A DNA stretch of 64,000 nt from Candidatus Latescibacterota bacterium (GCA_963707635.1 OY970173.1:864001-928000), one strand, 5' to 3'; shown: positions 39,578 through 49,188, counted from the stretch's first letter. The notes: generated from the letters alone by a model not told the origin. Program-made: numbers and translations.

Positions 39578-40180
39578 ATGGACAAACGCTCCCTTCAGCA
39601 CAGCGGTCGCAAGCTCCTCGAGCCGGTGGTGAGCCTGCTCGCGTCGTTCGGGGTCTCGCCGCTCCTGGTGTCGTTGTTCGGTCTGGTGTTGAGCGGGTGG
39701 GGCGCGGTGGTGGTGGCGAAAGGGTCGCTCCTCGCCGGCGGCATCTTCCTGCTCCTCGCCGGGCTGTGCGACGTGCTCGACGGTGACCTCGCCCGTCGTC
39801 TCAACCGGGTCTCGCGGTTCGGCGCCTTCATCGACTCCACCCTCGACCGGGTGAGCGAGTTCGTGCTCTTCGGCGGCGTCCTTATGTACGTCGTGAGGCG
39901 ACCCAACGACTACCCGCTGTACGAGCCGGTCGTGGTCCTGCTCGCGCTGATGGGGTCGGTGCTCACCAGCTATGCCCGCGCGCGGGCCGAGGGCCTCGGA
40001 ATCGAGTGCAAGGTCGGTATTATGGAGCGGCCCGAGCGGCTGGGGCTCCTGGCACTCGGGTTGATCCTGGGTCACCGGTTTCTGATGGCGGTGATGCTGC
40101 TGCTGGCGGTGACGTCGCTGTTCACGGTGGTCCAGCGGATTCTTCACGTCCACCGCGCCTCCGCCCGGTCGCCGGGTTGA
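39578..40180 (+). CDS. CDP-alcohol phosphatidyltransferase
   Basis: DVLDGDLAR...GAFIDSTLDR signature; SYARARAE. Confidence 0.92.
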   Translation: MDKRSLQHSGRKLLEPVVSLLASFGVSPLLVSLFGLVLSGWGAVVVAKGSLLAGGIFLLLAGLCDVLDGDLARRLNRVSRFGAFIDSTLDRVSEFVLFGGVLMYVVRRPNDYPLYEPVVVLLALMGSVLTSYARARAEGLGIECKVGIMERPERLGLLALGLILGHRFLMAVMLLLAVTSLFTVVQRILHVHRASARSPG

Positions 40181-40330
40181 CTTACGGTGCCCGATATGGT
40201 AGCGTCGGGACGCCTCGAACGGGACGCCGATCCGTCCAAGCGTTGCGTCCACACACCGTTCCCGCCCGAAGCAGCGTAGTTCCATAGCATTTCACGTTTT
40301 GCAGGAGGTTGCTGCAAGGAGGCTTCTGCT
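40177..40330 (+). promoter_or_regulatory. Sigma70 promoter plus conserved structured 5' leader (copy A)
   Basis: TTGACT-17 bp-TAGCGT; leader from 40211 is conserved with 42195-42338. Confidence 0.6.
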
Positions 40331-41113
40331 ATGAAGCGAGTTTGTGCGCGCCTGTGGGCGCTGGGGCTGGTGCTGCTGATGCTGCCGATTGGCGCGGCGT
40401 ACGGGCAGGCCGGCCTTCCCAAGGAAAACCACTACAAGGTCTACCGGACCAACCCGATACCGTTCACCCGGCCGCTGATTCTGACCGATCAGTTCGGTGT
40501 CGTGAACGCCGGCTTTTTCCAGCTCGAGAAGTTCGCAAATCCGACCGAGAAGATTCACGACGGCCGCATTTACCCCATGGACGATCCGCTTGCGCATCAG
40601 ACGTGGTGGAGGCTCATGGATCCTGTGCCGCAGCCGACGCGGACCGTGATCGGGATCGACCAGTTCTCCTACGGTCCGGTGACGCTCGGCAGACCGGTGT
40701 ACCTCCTGAACCCGGCGTTGAAGAATGCGTATCCGCCGGCCGCCCCGCCGATTCGGAACCACTATCTGTGCTACGAGGTGCTCGGGAGCCAGCCGCTATA
40801 CAAGACGGTCATCCTGACCGATCAGTTCGGGACAAGCGACGTCGTGGTCATGAGGTCGAAGCTGTTCTGCAATCCGGTGGAGAAGCGCGAGGGCGCGGTC
40901 TTCTACCCGATTCTCGACTTTGCGGCTCACCTGCAGTGTTACGAGGTCCAGAACCCGCAGTTCGTTGTCCGCCAGGTTACGGCCCTCGATCAGTTCGGCT
41001 ACTGGCAGATTCAAACCTATGAGAACGACTGCCTGTGCGTGCCGGCGCTGAAGGAACACATCGTCAGCACGGAAAAGACGACGTGGGGTCAGATCAAGGC
41101 GTTGTACCACTAG
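40331..41113 (+). CDS. Secreted DQFG-repeat protein with WGQIKALY tail (paralog 1)
   Basis: Signal peptide (...AAYG/Q); internal repeats HY.CY...DQFG...NP..K; ends EKTTWGQIKALYH. Confidence 0.85.
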   Translation: MKRVCARLWALGLVLLMLPIGAAYGQAGLPKENHYKVYRTNPIPFTRPLILTDQFGVVNAGFFQLEKFANPTEKIHDGRIYPMDDPLAHQTWWRLMDPVPQPTRTVIGIDQFSYGPVTLGRPVYLLNPALKNAYPPAAPPIRNHYLCYEVLGSQPLYKTVILTDQFGTSDVVVMRSKLFCNPVEKREGAVFYPILDFAAHLQCYEVQNPQFVVRQVTALDQFGYWQIQTYENDCLCVPALKEHIVSTEKTTWGQIKALYH

Positions 41114-41137
41114 AAGCGGTGGGTTAATCACGATGAC

Positions 41138-41186
41138 GTTCTCGCCTCGCGGGGGCGGGCATGGGCCAGCTCCGCGGGGCGAGGAC
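41138..41186 (+). repeat. Conserved 3' hairpin after paralog 1 (also at 42077-42125 and 43163-43211)
   Basis: GTTCTCGCCTCG...CATGGG...GGCGAG/GGCGGG long GC stem present after all three paralogs. Confidence 0.7.
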
Positions 41187-41251
41187 AGTCTTCGTAACCC
41201 CGCCAAAGCATTTCACGTTTTGCAGGAGGTTGCTGCAAGGAGGCTTCTGCT

Positions 41252-42052
41252 ATGAAGCGAGTTTGCGCGCGCCTGTGGGCGCTGGGGCTGGTGCTGCTGA
41301 TGCTGCCGATCGGCGCGGCGTACGGGCAGGCCGCCCTTCCCAAGGAAAATCACTATAAGGTCTACAACACTACGACCATTCCCTTCTTCCGGCCGCTGAT
41401 CTTGAACGATCAGTTCGGCACCATGAACGCCACCGAACTCCGGTTGGAGAAGTTCGCGAATCCAACCGAGAAGGTTCATAACGGCATCGTCTATCCCATG
41501 GACGACCCTCTCGCGCACCAGACCTGGTGGCGGCTTGTCAGTCCGGTGACCCAGCCGTTGCGGACGGTGATCGGGATCGACCAGTTCGGTTACGGGCCAT
41601 TGACGCTGGGCAATGCGGTGTACCTCCTGAACCCGGCGCTGAAGAACCCGGGTCCGGGTGGGGGCACGCCGCCGCTCCGCAACCACTACCTGTGCTACGA
41701 AGTGCTGGGGAGCCTGCCGATGTACCAGCCGGTCATCCTCACCGATCAATTCGGGTCGAGCGACGTGGTGGTCGTGAGGATGAAACTGTTCTGCAATCCG
41801 GTCGAGAAGCAGGAGGTCCTGCCCGATGGGACCATCAAGATCTCTCCGATTCTCGACTATCGTGCGCACCTGAGTTGCTACCAGGTCCAGAACCCGCAGC
41901 CGAACTTCCATCCGATCTACTTCGTCGATCAGTTCGGTTACTGGCAAAACGAGACCTATGACAACGACTGCCTGTGCGTGCCGGCGCTGAAGGAGCATAT
42001 CGTCAGCACCGAGAAGACCACGTGGGGGCAGATCAAGGCGTTGTACCGCTAG
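41252..42052 (+). CDS. Secreted DQFG-repeat protein with WGQIKALY tail (paralog 2)
   Basis: Signal peptide identical to paralog 1; same repeats; ends EKTTWGQIKALYR. Confidence 0.85.
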   Translation: MKRVCARLWALGLVLLMLPIGAAYGQAALPKENHYKVYNTTTIPFFRPLILNDQFGTMNATELRLEKFANPTEKVHNGIVYPMDDPLAHQTWWRLVSPVTQPLRTVIGIDQFGYGPLTLGNAVYLLNPALKNPGPGGGTPPLRNHYLCYEVLGSLPMYQPVILTDQFGSSDVVVVRMKLFCNPVEKQEVLPDGTIKISPILDYRAHLSCYQVQNPQPNFHPIYFVDQFGYWQNETYDNDCLCVPALKEHIVSTEKTTWGQIKALYR

Positions 42053-42160
42053 AAGCGGTGGGTTGATCACGACGGTGTTCTCGCCTCGCGAGCGCGGCCA
42101 TGGGGCCGCGCCGGGGGGCGAGAGCAACCTCACTCGCCCGCGCCTCCCTTGACTGTCACG

Positions 42161-42338
42161 TTGACACCGTGGCGCCCGTGTGCTAGAGTCCATCCGCCTC
42201 GAACGGGACGCCGCCCCCTCCCGTAGATTCGCCCGGCGAATCGCCTTCCTGCGTCCCCGCATCGTTCCCGCGCGAAGCAGCGTAGTTCCAGAGCATTGCC
42301 ACGTTTTTGCAGGAGGTAGCTGCAAGGAGGTATTTGCT
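42161..42338 (+). promoter_or_regulatory. Sigma70 promoter plus conserved structured 5' leader (copy B)
   Basis: TTGACA-17 bp-TAGAGT with extended TG; leader begins CGCCTCGAACGGGACGCCG at 42195. Confidence 0.65.
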
Positions 42339-43130
42339 ATGAAGCGGTATTGCTTGCGTTTCTCGGCGCTGGGCCTGGTGCTGCTGTTGCTGCCGATCGG
42401 TGCGGCGTACGGGCAGGCCGCCCTCCCGTCGGAGAACCATTACAAGGTCTACAACATTTCGCCGACGTACCCGCTGACCAAGCCGCTCACGCTGGTCGAT
42501 CAGTTCGGCGTTGTGAGTGTCGATCACCTCTTCCTCGATCGTTTCGCAAATCCCGCCGAGAAGCGGATCCCCGAAACCGGTCAAGGGTTCCCAATCATTG
42601 ATCCGCTGGCGCACCAGAAGTGGTGGCGGATCGACGTTCCGCAGCCGGTCCGGGAGGTGATCGCCATCGATCAGTTCGGGTATGGTCCGGTGAAGCTCGG
42701 CAACGCAGTGTACCTGTTGACTCCGACGTTGAAAAACCCGCTGCCGCCGATCGGCCCGCTGCCGTACCGGAACCACTACCTGTGCTACGAGGTGCTCGGC
42801 AGCCTGCCGCTGTACAAGCACGTGGTGCTCGTCGATCAATTCGGTATTTCCACCAACGTGACTGTTCTGCAGCCGAAGCTGTTTTGTAATCCCGTGGAGA
42901 AGCATGCGGATGGGCAGACCTACCCGATCATGGACTATCGGGCCCACTTGCAGTGCTATCAGGTCGACAACCCGATTGTTGAGCCTCGTGGTGTGGTGGC
43001 GTACGACCAGTTCGGCTATCACCAGTTTTCGACGTACCAGAACGACTGCCTGTGCCTGCCGGCGCTCAAGGAGCACATCGTGGGCACGGAGCGCTCCACG
43101 TGGGGCCAGATCAAGGCGTTGTACAGATAG
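42339..43130 (+). CDS. Secreted DQFG-repeat protein with WGQIKALY tail (paralog 3)
   Basis: ATG 42339 after AAGGAGG; same architecture; ends ERSTWGQIKALYR. Confidence 0.85.
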   Translation: MKRYCLRFSALGLVLLLLPIGAAYGQAALPSENHYKVYNISPTYPLTKPLTLVDQFGVVSVDHLFLDRFANPAEKRIPETGQGFPIIDPLAHQKWWRIDVPQPVREVIAIDQFGYGPVKLGNAVYLLTPTLKNPLPPIGPLPYRNHYLCYEVLGSLPLYKHVVLVDQFGISTNVTVLQPKLFCNPVEKHADGQTYPIMDYRAHLQCYQVDNPIVEPRGVVAYDQFGYHQFSTYQNDCLCLPALKEHIVGTERSTWGQIKALYR

Positions 43131-43226
43131 AGCGGTAGTCAGTTAGCCTGCTCGACCAGGGCGTTCTCGCCTCGTGAGCGCGGCCATGGGTCCGCGCCGC
43201 GAGGCGGGAACAGCCTCCCGCATGGT

Positions 43227-43862
43227 TCAGTCGATTCCGATGGCTTTCACGATGGCGTGGTGCACGTCGTCGATGCTCCTCGTCCCGTCGATTCGAACCA
43301 CCCGGCCGAAGCTCGCCTCGTACACCGGCATCAATCGCTCGTAGTTGGCGGCAATCGTGTCCAGGTAGGCGCGCGTCTCGTACACGGATACGCCGCCGCG
43401 GCGGGCGGTCACGCGCGCGAGGCATTCCTCCACCGGGACGGCGAGGAACAGCGTCAGGTCCGGCCGCGCGCAGCCTTCATTCACCTCGATCACCCACTCG
43501 CCCGTGATCGACGGTTCGAGCGTCTGGTAGGCCATCGAGGAGAAGATGTAGCGGTCGCACACGACGTGGTCGCCCGCGGCGAGCCGTGTTTCGATGACGC
43601 GCGAGTGCGCCATCCGGTCCGCGGCGAAGAGGAGTCCCATGGTGCGCTCGCCGGGGTGGTAGGGGGTGCCATCGCCGCCGCGCTCCTGGCTCGTCAGCAG
43701 GCGACGGATGAATGCTCCCACCGGCTCCGAAGTGGGTTCATTGGTGAGGAAACTATGGCGTCCGCTCCGCGTAAGATGGGTCTGGAGCCTGGCGGCCTGG
43801 GTCGTGGTGCCCGCGCCGTCGAGGCCCTCCAGAACGATGAACCGTGCGTCGTGTTGGGGCAT
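43227..43862 (-). CDS. tmk: Thymidylate kinase
   Basis: FIVLEGLDGAGTTTQ, EPT, LLFAADR, CDRY..SS.AYQ, PDLT. Confidence 0.92.
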   Translation of the reverse strand: MPQHDARFIVLEGLDGAGTTTQAARLQTHLTRSGRHSFLTNEPTSEPVGAFIRRLLTSQERGGDGTPYHPGERTMGLLFAADRMAHSRVIETRLAAGDHVVCDRYIFSSMAYQTLEPSITGEWVIEVNEGCARPDLTLFLAVPVEECLARVTARRGGVSVYETRAYLDTIAANYERLMPVYEASFGRVVRIDGTRSIDDVHHAIVKAIGID

Positions 43863-44106
43863 GGTGCGCATCCCGCGGCAGCCGGCGGGCATTCGCCGAG
43901 TCTAGCAGGCGCGCCGAAAGTGGAAAAGGTCGGGTTGCCGCGCGGCGCCGATCCATATTATATTTCGGCGGCTTAGGGGGACGGACTCCCGCCCTGCGCC
44001 GGCCGATCGGCGCCCGTCCGCCACGCGCGAGGAATTGTGGAATGTATGTTGCAACTCAAGAAAAACAGGCCGGTTAGGCGTCGATCCGCCCAGGAGGCGT
44101 AATCCA

Positions 44107-45789
44107 GTGAAGCGCATCTCCCCACGTCATCTCATCATCGCGGTCTCCTTCCTCGCGTTGTGCCTCGTCGCTTTCGGCGCCTTCGGCCAGAGCAAAACCC
44201 GGGAAGAGAGGACGGACGTCTACCACGACCTCGAGATCTTCACCAAGATCCTCGAAAAGGTCTCGCAGAACTACGTCGACGAAGTCGACACCCACCTTCT
44301 CATGAAGAAGGCGATCGAGGGGATGCTCAGCGAGCTCGATCCCCACAGCCAGTACCTCGACGGTCTGGAATACGAAGACCTGATGGTCAGCACCAAAGGG
44401 GAGTTCGGCGGGCTCGGGATTCTGATTTCGTTCCGCGACAATTTCCCGACCGTGATGTCGCCCATCGACGACACGCCGGCGGCGCGCGCGGGCATCCGCG
44501 GCGGCGACCAGATCGTCGAGATCGAGGACCAGTCGACGGAGGGGTGGAACGTCGACAAGGCGGTGGGCCAGCTCCGCGGCGACCCGGGCACGAAGGTGCG
44601 CTTCAAGATCCGGCACGCCGGCGACGCGGAGTCGATCGAGTACGTGCTCACGCGCGAGGTGATCAACGTTGCCAGCGTTCCCTACTACGGAATGATGAGC
44701 GACGGCGTGGGGTACCTGCGTGTATCCAACTTCGCCAAGAAGACCGCGCAGGAAGTGGAAGAAGGACTGGCGGACCTCGAGAAGCAGGGCATGCGCGCGC
44801 TCGTGCTCGACTTCCGCTCGAATCCGGGCGGCCTGCTGCAATCCGCGATCGAGGTGTCGGAACTCTTCCTCGACAAGGACAAGCTGGTCGTCTACACGAA
44901 GGGGCGGCTGGCCAGCGCGAATCGGAAGTACTACTCCTCGAATCGGGCCACGCACAAGGGCTATCCGATCGTCGTCATGATCAACGGCAACAGCGCCAGT
45001 GCGTCCGAAATTTTCGCCGGTGCGATGCAGGACTGGGACGCGGCGTTCGTCGTGGGGCAGACGTCGTTCGGCAAGGGCACCGTGCAGACAGTGTTCAACC
45101 TCACCGACACCGAGGCGGTGAAGCTCACGACCGCGAAGTACTACACCCCCTCGGGGCGCAGCATCCACAAGGACGAGCGCGAGCGCCAGGCCGAGGAGGA
45201 TCTCATCGCCATGAACGACGGTGGCGGCGAGGATAACGCCGGGCTCACGCCCGACGCGCCCGAGCAGAAGCTCGACGCCGGCACGTCCGAGGTGAAGGAG
45301 CTGAAAGACGCGAAGGAGAAGCCGGTGTTCTACACGTCCAGCGGTCGCACCGTCTACGGCGGCGGCGGGATCACGCCGGATCTGGACTACATCCCGCGCG
45401 AATACACCGACCTCCAGCGCCGGCTCGAGCGCGACGGGCTGGGATTCTCCTTCGCCATCGACTGGCTCAAGTCGCACCCGATCACCGAGTCCTTCAAGGT
45501 GACGGACGCCATTCTCGCCGACTTCTATAAGTTCCTCGCGACCAAGAAGTTCGAGTACAAGAAGGAAGAGCTTACTCCCGACAACGTCGACTACATCCGC
45601 ACGATGATTGCGCGCGAAGCGGTGAACAACAAGTTCGGCCGCAAGGCGATGTACCGCGTGGTGCTCGACTCCGACCCGGAGATGCAGGAAACGCTCAAGA
45701 TCATCGAGAAGCACCCGACCCTCAAGGACATGTTCTCGTACTCGGACGACGAGAAGAACGTCAAGAAGGCCGCAGCCGCCAAGAAATAG
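44107..45789 (+). CDS. S41 carboxyl-terminal processing protease (CtpA-like)
   Basis: Signal peptide, LDPHS, PDZ (GGLGI), DFRSNPGG, SASASEI, SFGKGTVQ, TTAKYYTPSG. Confidence 0.93.
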   Translation: MKRISPRHLIIAVSFLALCLVAFGAFGQSKTREERTDVYHDLEIFTKILEKVSQNYVDEVDTHLLMKKAIEGMLSELDPHSQYLDGLEYEDLMVSTKGEFGGLGILISFRDNFPTVMSPIDDTPAARAGIRGGDQIVEIEDQSTEGWNVDKAVGQLRGDPGTKVRFKIRHAGDAESIEYVLTREVINVASVPYYGMMSDGVGYLRVSNFAKKTAQEVEEGLADLEKQGMRALVLDFRSNPGGLLQSAIEVSELFLDKDKLVVYTKGRLASANRKYYSSNRATHKGYPIVVMINGNSASASEIFAGAMQDWDAAFVVGQTSFGKGTVQTVFNLTDTEAVKLTTAKYYTPSGRSIHKDERERQAEEDLIAMNDGGGEDNAGLTPDAPEQKLDAGTSEVKELKDAKEKPVFYTSSGRTVYGGGGITPDLDYIPREYTDLQRRLERDGLGFSFAIDWLKSHPITESFKVTDAILADFYKFLATKKFEYKKEELTPDNVDYIRTMIAREAVNNKFGRKAMYRVVLDSDPEMQETLKIIEKHPTLKDMFSYSDDEKNVKKAAAAKK

Positions 45790-45817
45790 CCCCGGCGCCG
45801 TTTCGCCCCGAGAGACG

Positions 45818-46492
45818 ATGAAGAAGATCGCCGTCCTATGCGATTTCGATGGCACGGTCGCCCAGGACGACGTGGGCAACCGGCTTTTCCGCACCTTCTC
45901 GCAGGGTGGTGCGACCGACGTGGTGGAGCGCTGGAGGCGCGGCGAGATTTCCTCGCGCGAGTGCCTCGAGAAGGAGGCCGAGCTGGCCCGGTGCTGTCCC
46001 GACGAGCTCAAGCGCTTCGTGCACACGCACCGGCTCGACCCCTACTTCAAGGATTTTCACGACTTCGCGCGGCAGCGCGGCATCGAGGTCGTCGTGTTGA
46101 GCGACGGCCTCGATTATTATATCGAGCAGCTCCTGATGCGCAACGGGCTGGGCGGGATCGAGTTCTTCGCGAACCGGCTCCACGTCGACGGCGGGACGCT
46201 GCGCGTCGAATTCCCGTGGTACAACCTGCTCGCGTGCACCGAATGCGGGTGCTGCAAAACCCACCACCTCTTCCGCTACCGGAACGAAGGCTACTACATC
46301 GTCTACGTGGGGGACGGTCTCTCCGATCGCTGCCCGTGCGAGAGCGCGGACCTCGTGTTCGCGAAGGGAAACCTGCTGGAGCACTGCCGCGCCCGGAAGA
46401 TCGCGCACGTCGAATTCCGCAACTTCCGCGATGTCGAACGCGAGGTGCTCAGACGCCTGCTGCTGAGCGGGGAGTTTCGTAGCCCGGCGTAG
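45818..46492 (+). CDS. MtnX-like HAD-IB phosphatase
   Basis: CDFDGT, VLSDG, CGCCK, YVGDGLSD.C. Confidence 0.9.
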   Translation: MKKIAVLCDFDGTVAQDDVGNRLFRTFSQGGATDVVERWRRGEISSRECLEKEAELARCCPDELKRFVHTHRLDPYFKDFHDFARQRGIEVVVLSDGLDYYIEQLLMRNGLGGIEFFANRLHVDGGTLRVEFPWYNLLACTECGCCKTHHLFRYRNEGYYIVYVGDGLSDRCPCESADLVFAKGNLLEHCRARKIAHVEFRNFRDVEREVLRRLLLSGEFRSPA

Positions 46493-46502
46493 CGTCGCCG
46501 GG

Positions 46503-47024
46503 CTAGCGGGCTGGCCCCGACGCCGAGTCCGAGAAATCTTCGCGGTGCGCTTTCTTGTATTCCTCGAACCCCGCCCAGAACGCAGAGTCGTACTGCGTCG
46601 AGTCGAAGCCCAGCTTCACCATGCCCGCCTTTGGATTCAGCACCGGGTGGTCGACGGATCCCTCGTCGAGGTTATAGCGCGGTTCGTCTTTGTACGTGGA
46701 GTAGCCGACCTCGGCCATAAAGTGGACCAGGTTGGTCGCGGTGATGTGCCCGCGCTGGACGTGCGACTCGAGCTCCTTCGAGATCGCCGCCAGCGTCTCG
46801 GGCTTGACCTTGCCGAGGGCCGCACGGTCGTACAGCACATAGAACATCTTGCGGATCTCGATGATGTGGTTGTCGGAAAGGCTGTCGGGCAGGATGGCGA
46901 CGAACTGCTCGACCATCCGATCCTGTTTCGCCCGGGGAGACTGCTGGCGCTGGTAGACGAGGCCGACCGCCAGCCCGACCGCGGTGACGGCCAACAGCAC
47001 GATGGCAAGACGTCGTGGCTTCAT
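46503..47024 (-). CDS. Hypothetical protein with N-terminal membrane anchor
   Basis: MKPRRLAIVLLAVTAVGLAVGLVY, then protein-like sequence; 3' part of ORF 46503..47885. Confidence 0.7.
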   Translation of the reverse strand: MKPRRLAIVLLAVTAVGLAVGLVYQRQQSPRAKQDRMVEQFVAILPDSLSDNHIIEIRKMFYVLYDRAALGKVKPETLAAISKELESHVQRGHITATNLVHFMAEVGYSTYKDEPRYNLDEGSVDHPVLNPKAGMVKLGFDSTQYDSAFWAGFEEYKKAHREDFSDSASGPAR

Positions 47025-47083
47025 GGCGGTCAATATAGCGCCTGAGCGGATGGCGATCAATGCGGGCGTCGCGGCGCGCGCCT

Positions 47084-47995
47084 TCAGAGCGCCGGCGTCC
47101 CCCGCAAGTACGCGTCGAACCAGTCCACCGTCGCCTTCAGCGCGTTCTTCAGCGCTTCGCTTTCGATGCCCTCTTCGTACGCGTAGGTGTGGCCCGTCAA
47201 GAGGCGCAGGAGCTTCTTGTCGGCGCGAATCGTCGGGGTGTCGTAGAAACGGTAGGAGTCCGCGACCGGCACCGTCGGGTCGTGCTCGCCGTGGACGATC
47301 AGATGCGGAGTGGTGAGCTCGACCGCGCGGTCGCCCACCGCGTAGGCGTCGTGGTTGCCTTCGAGGTCGTCCAGCAGGGCGGCGCCCATCGCGAGCCGGG
47401 TCCCGGTGGCATAGTCGGTGAACGCGAGCTCGCCCTTTTCCCGCCAGATCTGCTTCTGTCGCTCGGTGTAGTGATCGGGGTGCGCCGACGCCGACCATGT
47501 AACCAGCGCGGCGATGGTCGGATCGGCCAGGGTGGCGAGTGTCGCCACGACCCCGCCGCGGCTGTGACCCCACACCCCGATGGCCGCGTCCTCGGCGATA
47601 CCGAGCGCCCGGCCGCCGCGCATGGGATCGCGCACCCATCCGATCACGGCCTCGAGGTCGGCCAGTTCGCGTGCGATGGTGTTCGCGCGGAACAGCTTGG
47701 GCGACGTGTAGCGGCCAGTGGCCGCCGCCGCGTCCGGGCCGATGGTGTGCGTCGTCCCGGCGTCGGCCGGGATGCGCCCGTTGTGTGAGAAGTCGATCGC
47801 CAGCGCGCCGAATCCGGTGGCGCACAGGCGCGCGGCGACGGCGGGAATGAAGCCCCAGCGCCGGTGTCCCTTGAAGCCATGGCACATTACGACCACGTGC
47901 GCCACCGCGCTCGCGTCGAGGAGCGTGGGGCGGTACCAGTCGGCGACGACGGGGTGCGCGTCGCCGGTGGGTATCGTGAGCAGGAAGGGATGCAT
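47084..47995 (-). CDS. Alpha/beta hydrolase
   Basis: CHGFKG, GHSRGG nucleophile elbow, HGEHD, GHT. Confidence 0.88.
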   Translation of the reverse strand: MHPFLLTIPTGDAHPVVADWYRPTLLDASAVAHVVVMCHGFKGHRRWGFIPAVAARLCATGFGALAIDFSHNGRIPADAGTTHTIGPDAAAATGRYTSPKLFRANTIARELADLEAVIGWVRDPMRGGRALGIAEDAAIGVWGHSRGGVVATLATLADPTIAALVTWSASAHPDHYTERQKQIWREKGELAFTDYATGTRLAMGAALLDDLEGNHDAYAVGDRAVELTTPHLIVHGEHDPTVPVADSYRFYDTPTIRADKKLLRLLTGHTYAYEEGIESEALKNALKATVDWFDAYLRGTPAL

Positions 47996-48128
47996 GGAAT
48001 CGTGCGCTCGCACGCCAGCGTGCGATTGGGTTCGCGAGTGCAGCGCAACCATAGGCAATTCTCGTTGTCGTTGCAAGAGTTAGCCGTTGCGTCGCGCGTG
48101 CCTTCCCGGTATCATGGGACGACTACGT

Positions 48129-49166
48129 ATGGTGCTCTCCAGGCTAAAAGGACTCTCCAACGGTGCCCGCGTGATTCTCGCCCCGCTGTGCGGGGTGACG
48201 ACCGCGCCGTTTCGACGCATTTGCCTCGAGCACGGCGCGGACATGGTTGTGACCGAGATGATCAGCTCGGAAGCGTGGACCCGTGGCAAGGAGAAGGACT
48301 GCAAGGCGGCGAACGGGCTCGACCTGTCCAACGGCCCGCTGTCCCTCCAGGTCTTTGGCGGAGATCCGGTGCGCATGGGAGAAACCGCCGCCCGGTTGTC
48401 CGCCATGGAGCCGGAGTACATCGACATGAACTTCGGGTGCCCCGTGAAGAAAATCGTCAACGGCAACGGCGGCTCGGCCGTGCTCAAGGACGTCGAACTG
48501 CTCGGGGCCATTTGTCGTGAAGTGGTGCGGCGCAGCCAGGTGCCGGTCTCGGCGAAGATCCGCGCCGGCTGGGACCGGCCCACCGGCGAGAAGGTGCGCG
48601 AGCTCGCGCGGACCATCGAAGACGCGGGCGTATCGATGATCGCGATCCATGCGCGCACGCGCGCGCAGGGGTTTTCGGGTCAGGCGAACTGGGACTTGAT
48701 CGCCGAGACCCGGCGCGCGGTGTCGGTGCCGGTGGTCGGAAACGGCGACGTGCGCAGCGCCGAGGACGTGGCGCGCATGGAAGCCCATACCGGCTGCGAC
48801 GCCGTGATGATCGGCCGCGCCGCGATCGGCAACCCCTGGATCTTCGACGAGGTCAAGACGCGTCTGGACGGCCGCGATTACACTCCTCCGACCCCGCGCG
48901 AGCGCGTGGCGGTACTGCTTCGCCACGTGCGCGACGCAGCCGCGCTCGAAGGCGAACCGGGCGGGGTGGTCGCGACCCGCAAGGTCATGGCGGCCTACCT
49001 GAAGCGGGTTCCGAACGCGCGCCAGGTGCGCGGTCCGCTCATGCAGGCGAAATCCGTCACCGAGGTGGAAGACCTGCTGGGCGCCTATCTGGGACAGATC
49101 GGGGCTCTCGCCGACGTCCCGCACGCCGTCGAAGCGAGCCTCGAAGAATTCGCCAGCGAGTGCTAG
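48129..49166 (+). CDS. dusB: tRNA-dihydrouridine synthase B
   Basis: LAPL, TEMIS, DMNFGCPVKK, KIRAGW, HARTR, NGDV, MIGR...GNPW. Confidence 0.92.
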   Translation: MVLSRLKGLSNGARVILAPLCGVTTAPFRRICLEHGADMVVTEMISSEAWTRGKEKDCKAANGLDLSNGPLSLQVFGGDPVRMGETAARLSAMEPEYIDMNFGCPVKKIVNGNGGSAVLKDVELLGAICREVVRRSQVPVSAKIRAGWDRPTGEKVRELARTIEDAGVSMIAIHARTRAQGFSGQANWDLIAETRRAVSVPVVGNGDVRSAEDVARMEAHTGCDAVMIGRAAIGNPWIFDEVKTRLDGRDYTPPTPRERVAVLLRHVRDAAALEGEPGGVVATRKVMAAYLKRVPNARQVRGPLMQAKSVTEVEDLLGAYLGQIGALADVPHAVEASLEEFASEC

Positions 49167-49188
49167 TACCAGGGGCCTTTCAACCGCG

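Noticed and set aside
40286..43211. Recurring DNA repeats suggesting a CRISPR array or DGR template/variable repeats
   Set aside because: Repeats are ~0.9-1.1 kb apart and are the conserved ends of paralogous genes. No cas or reverse transcriptase gene is present and no adenine-specific mismatch pattern was evident.
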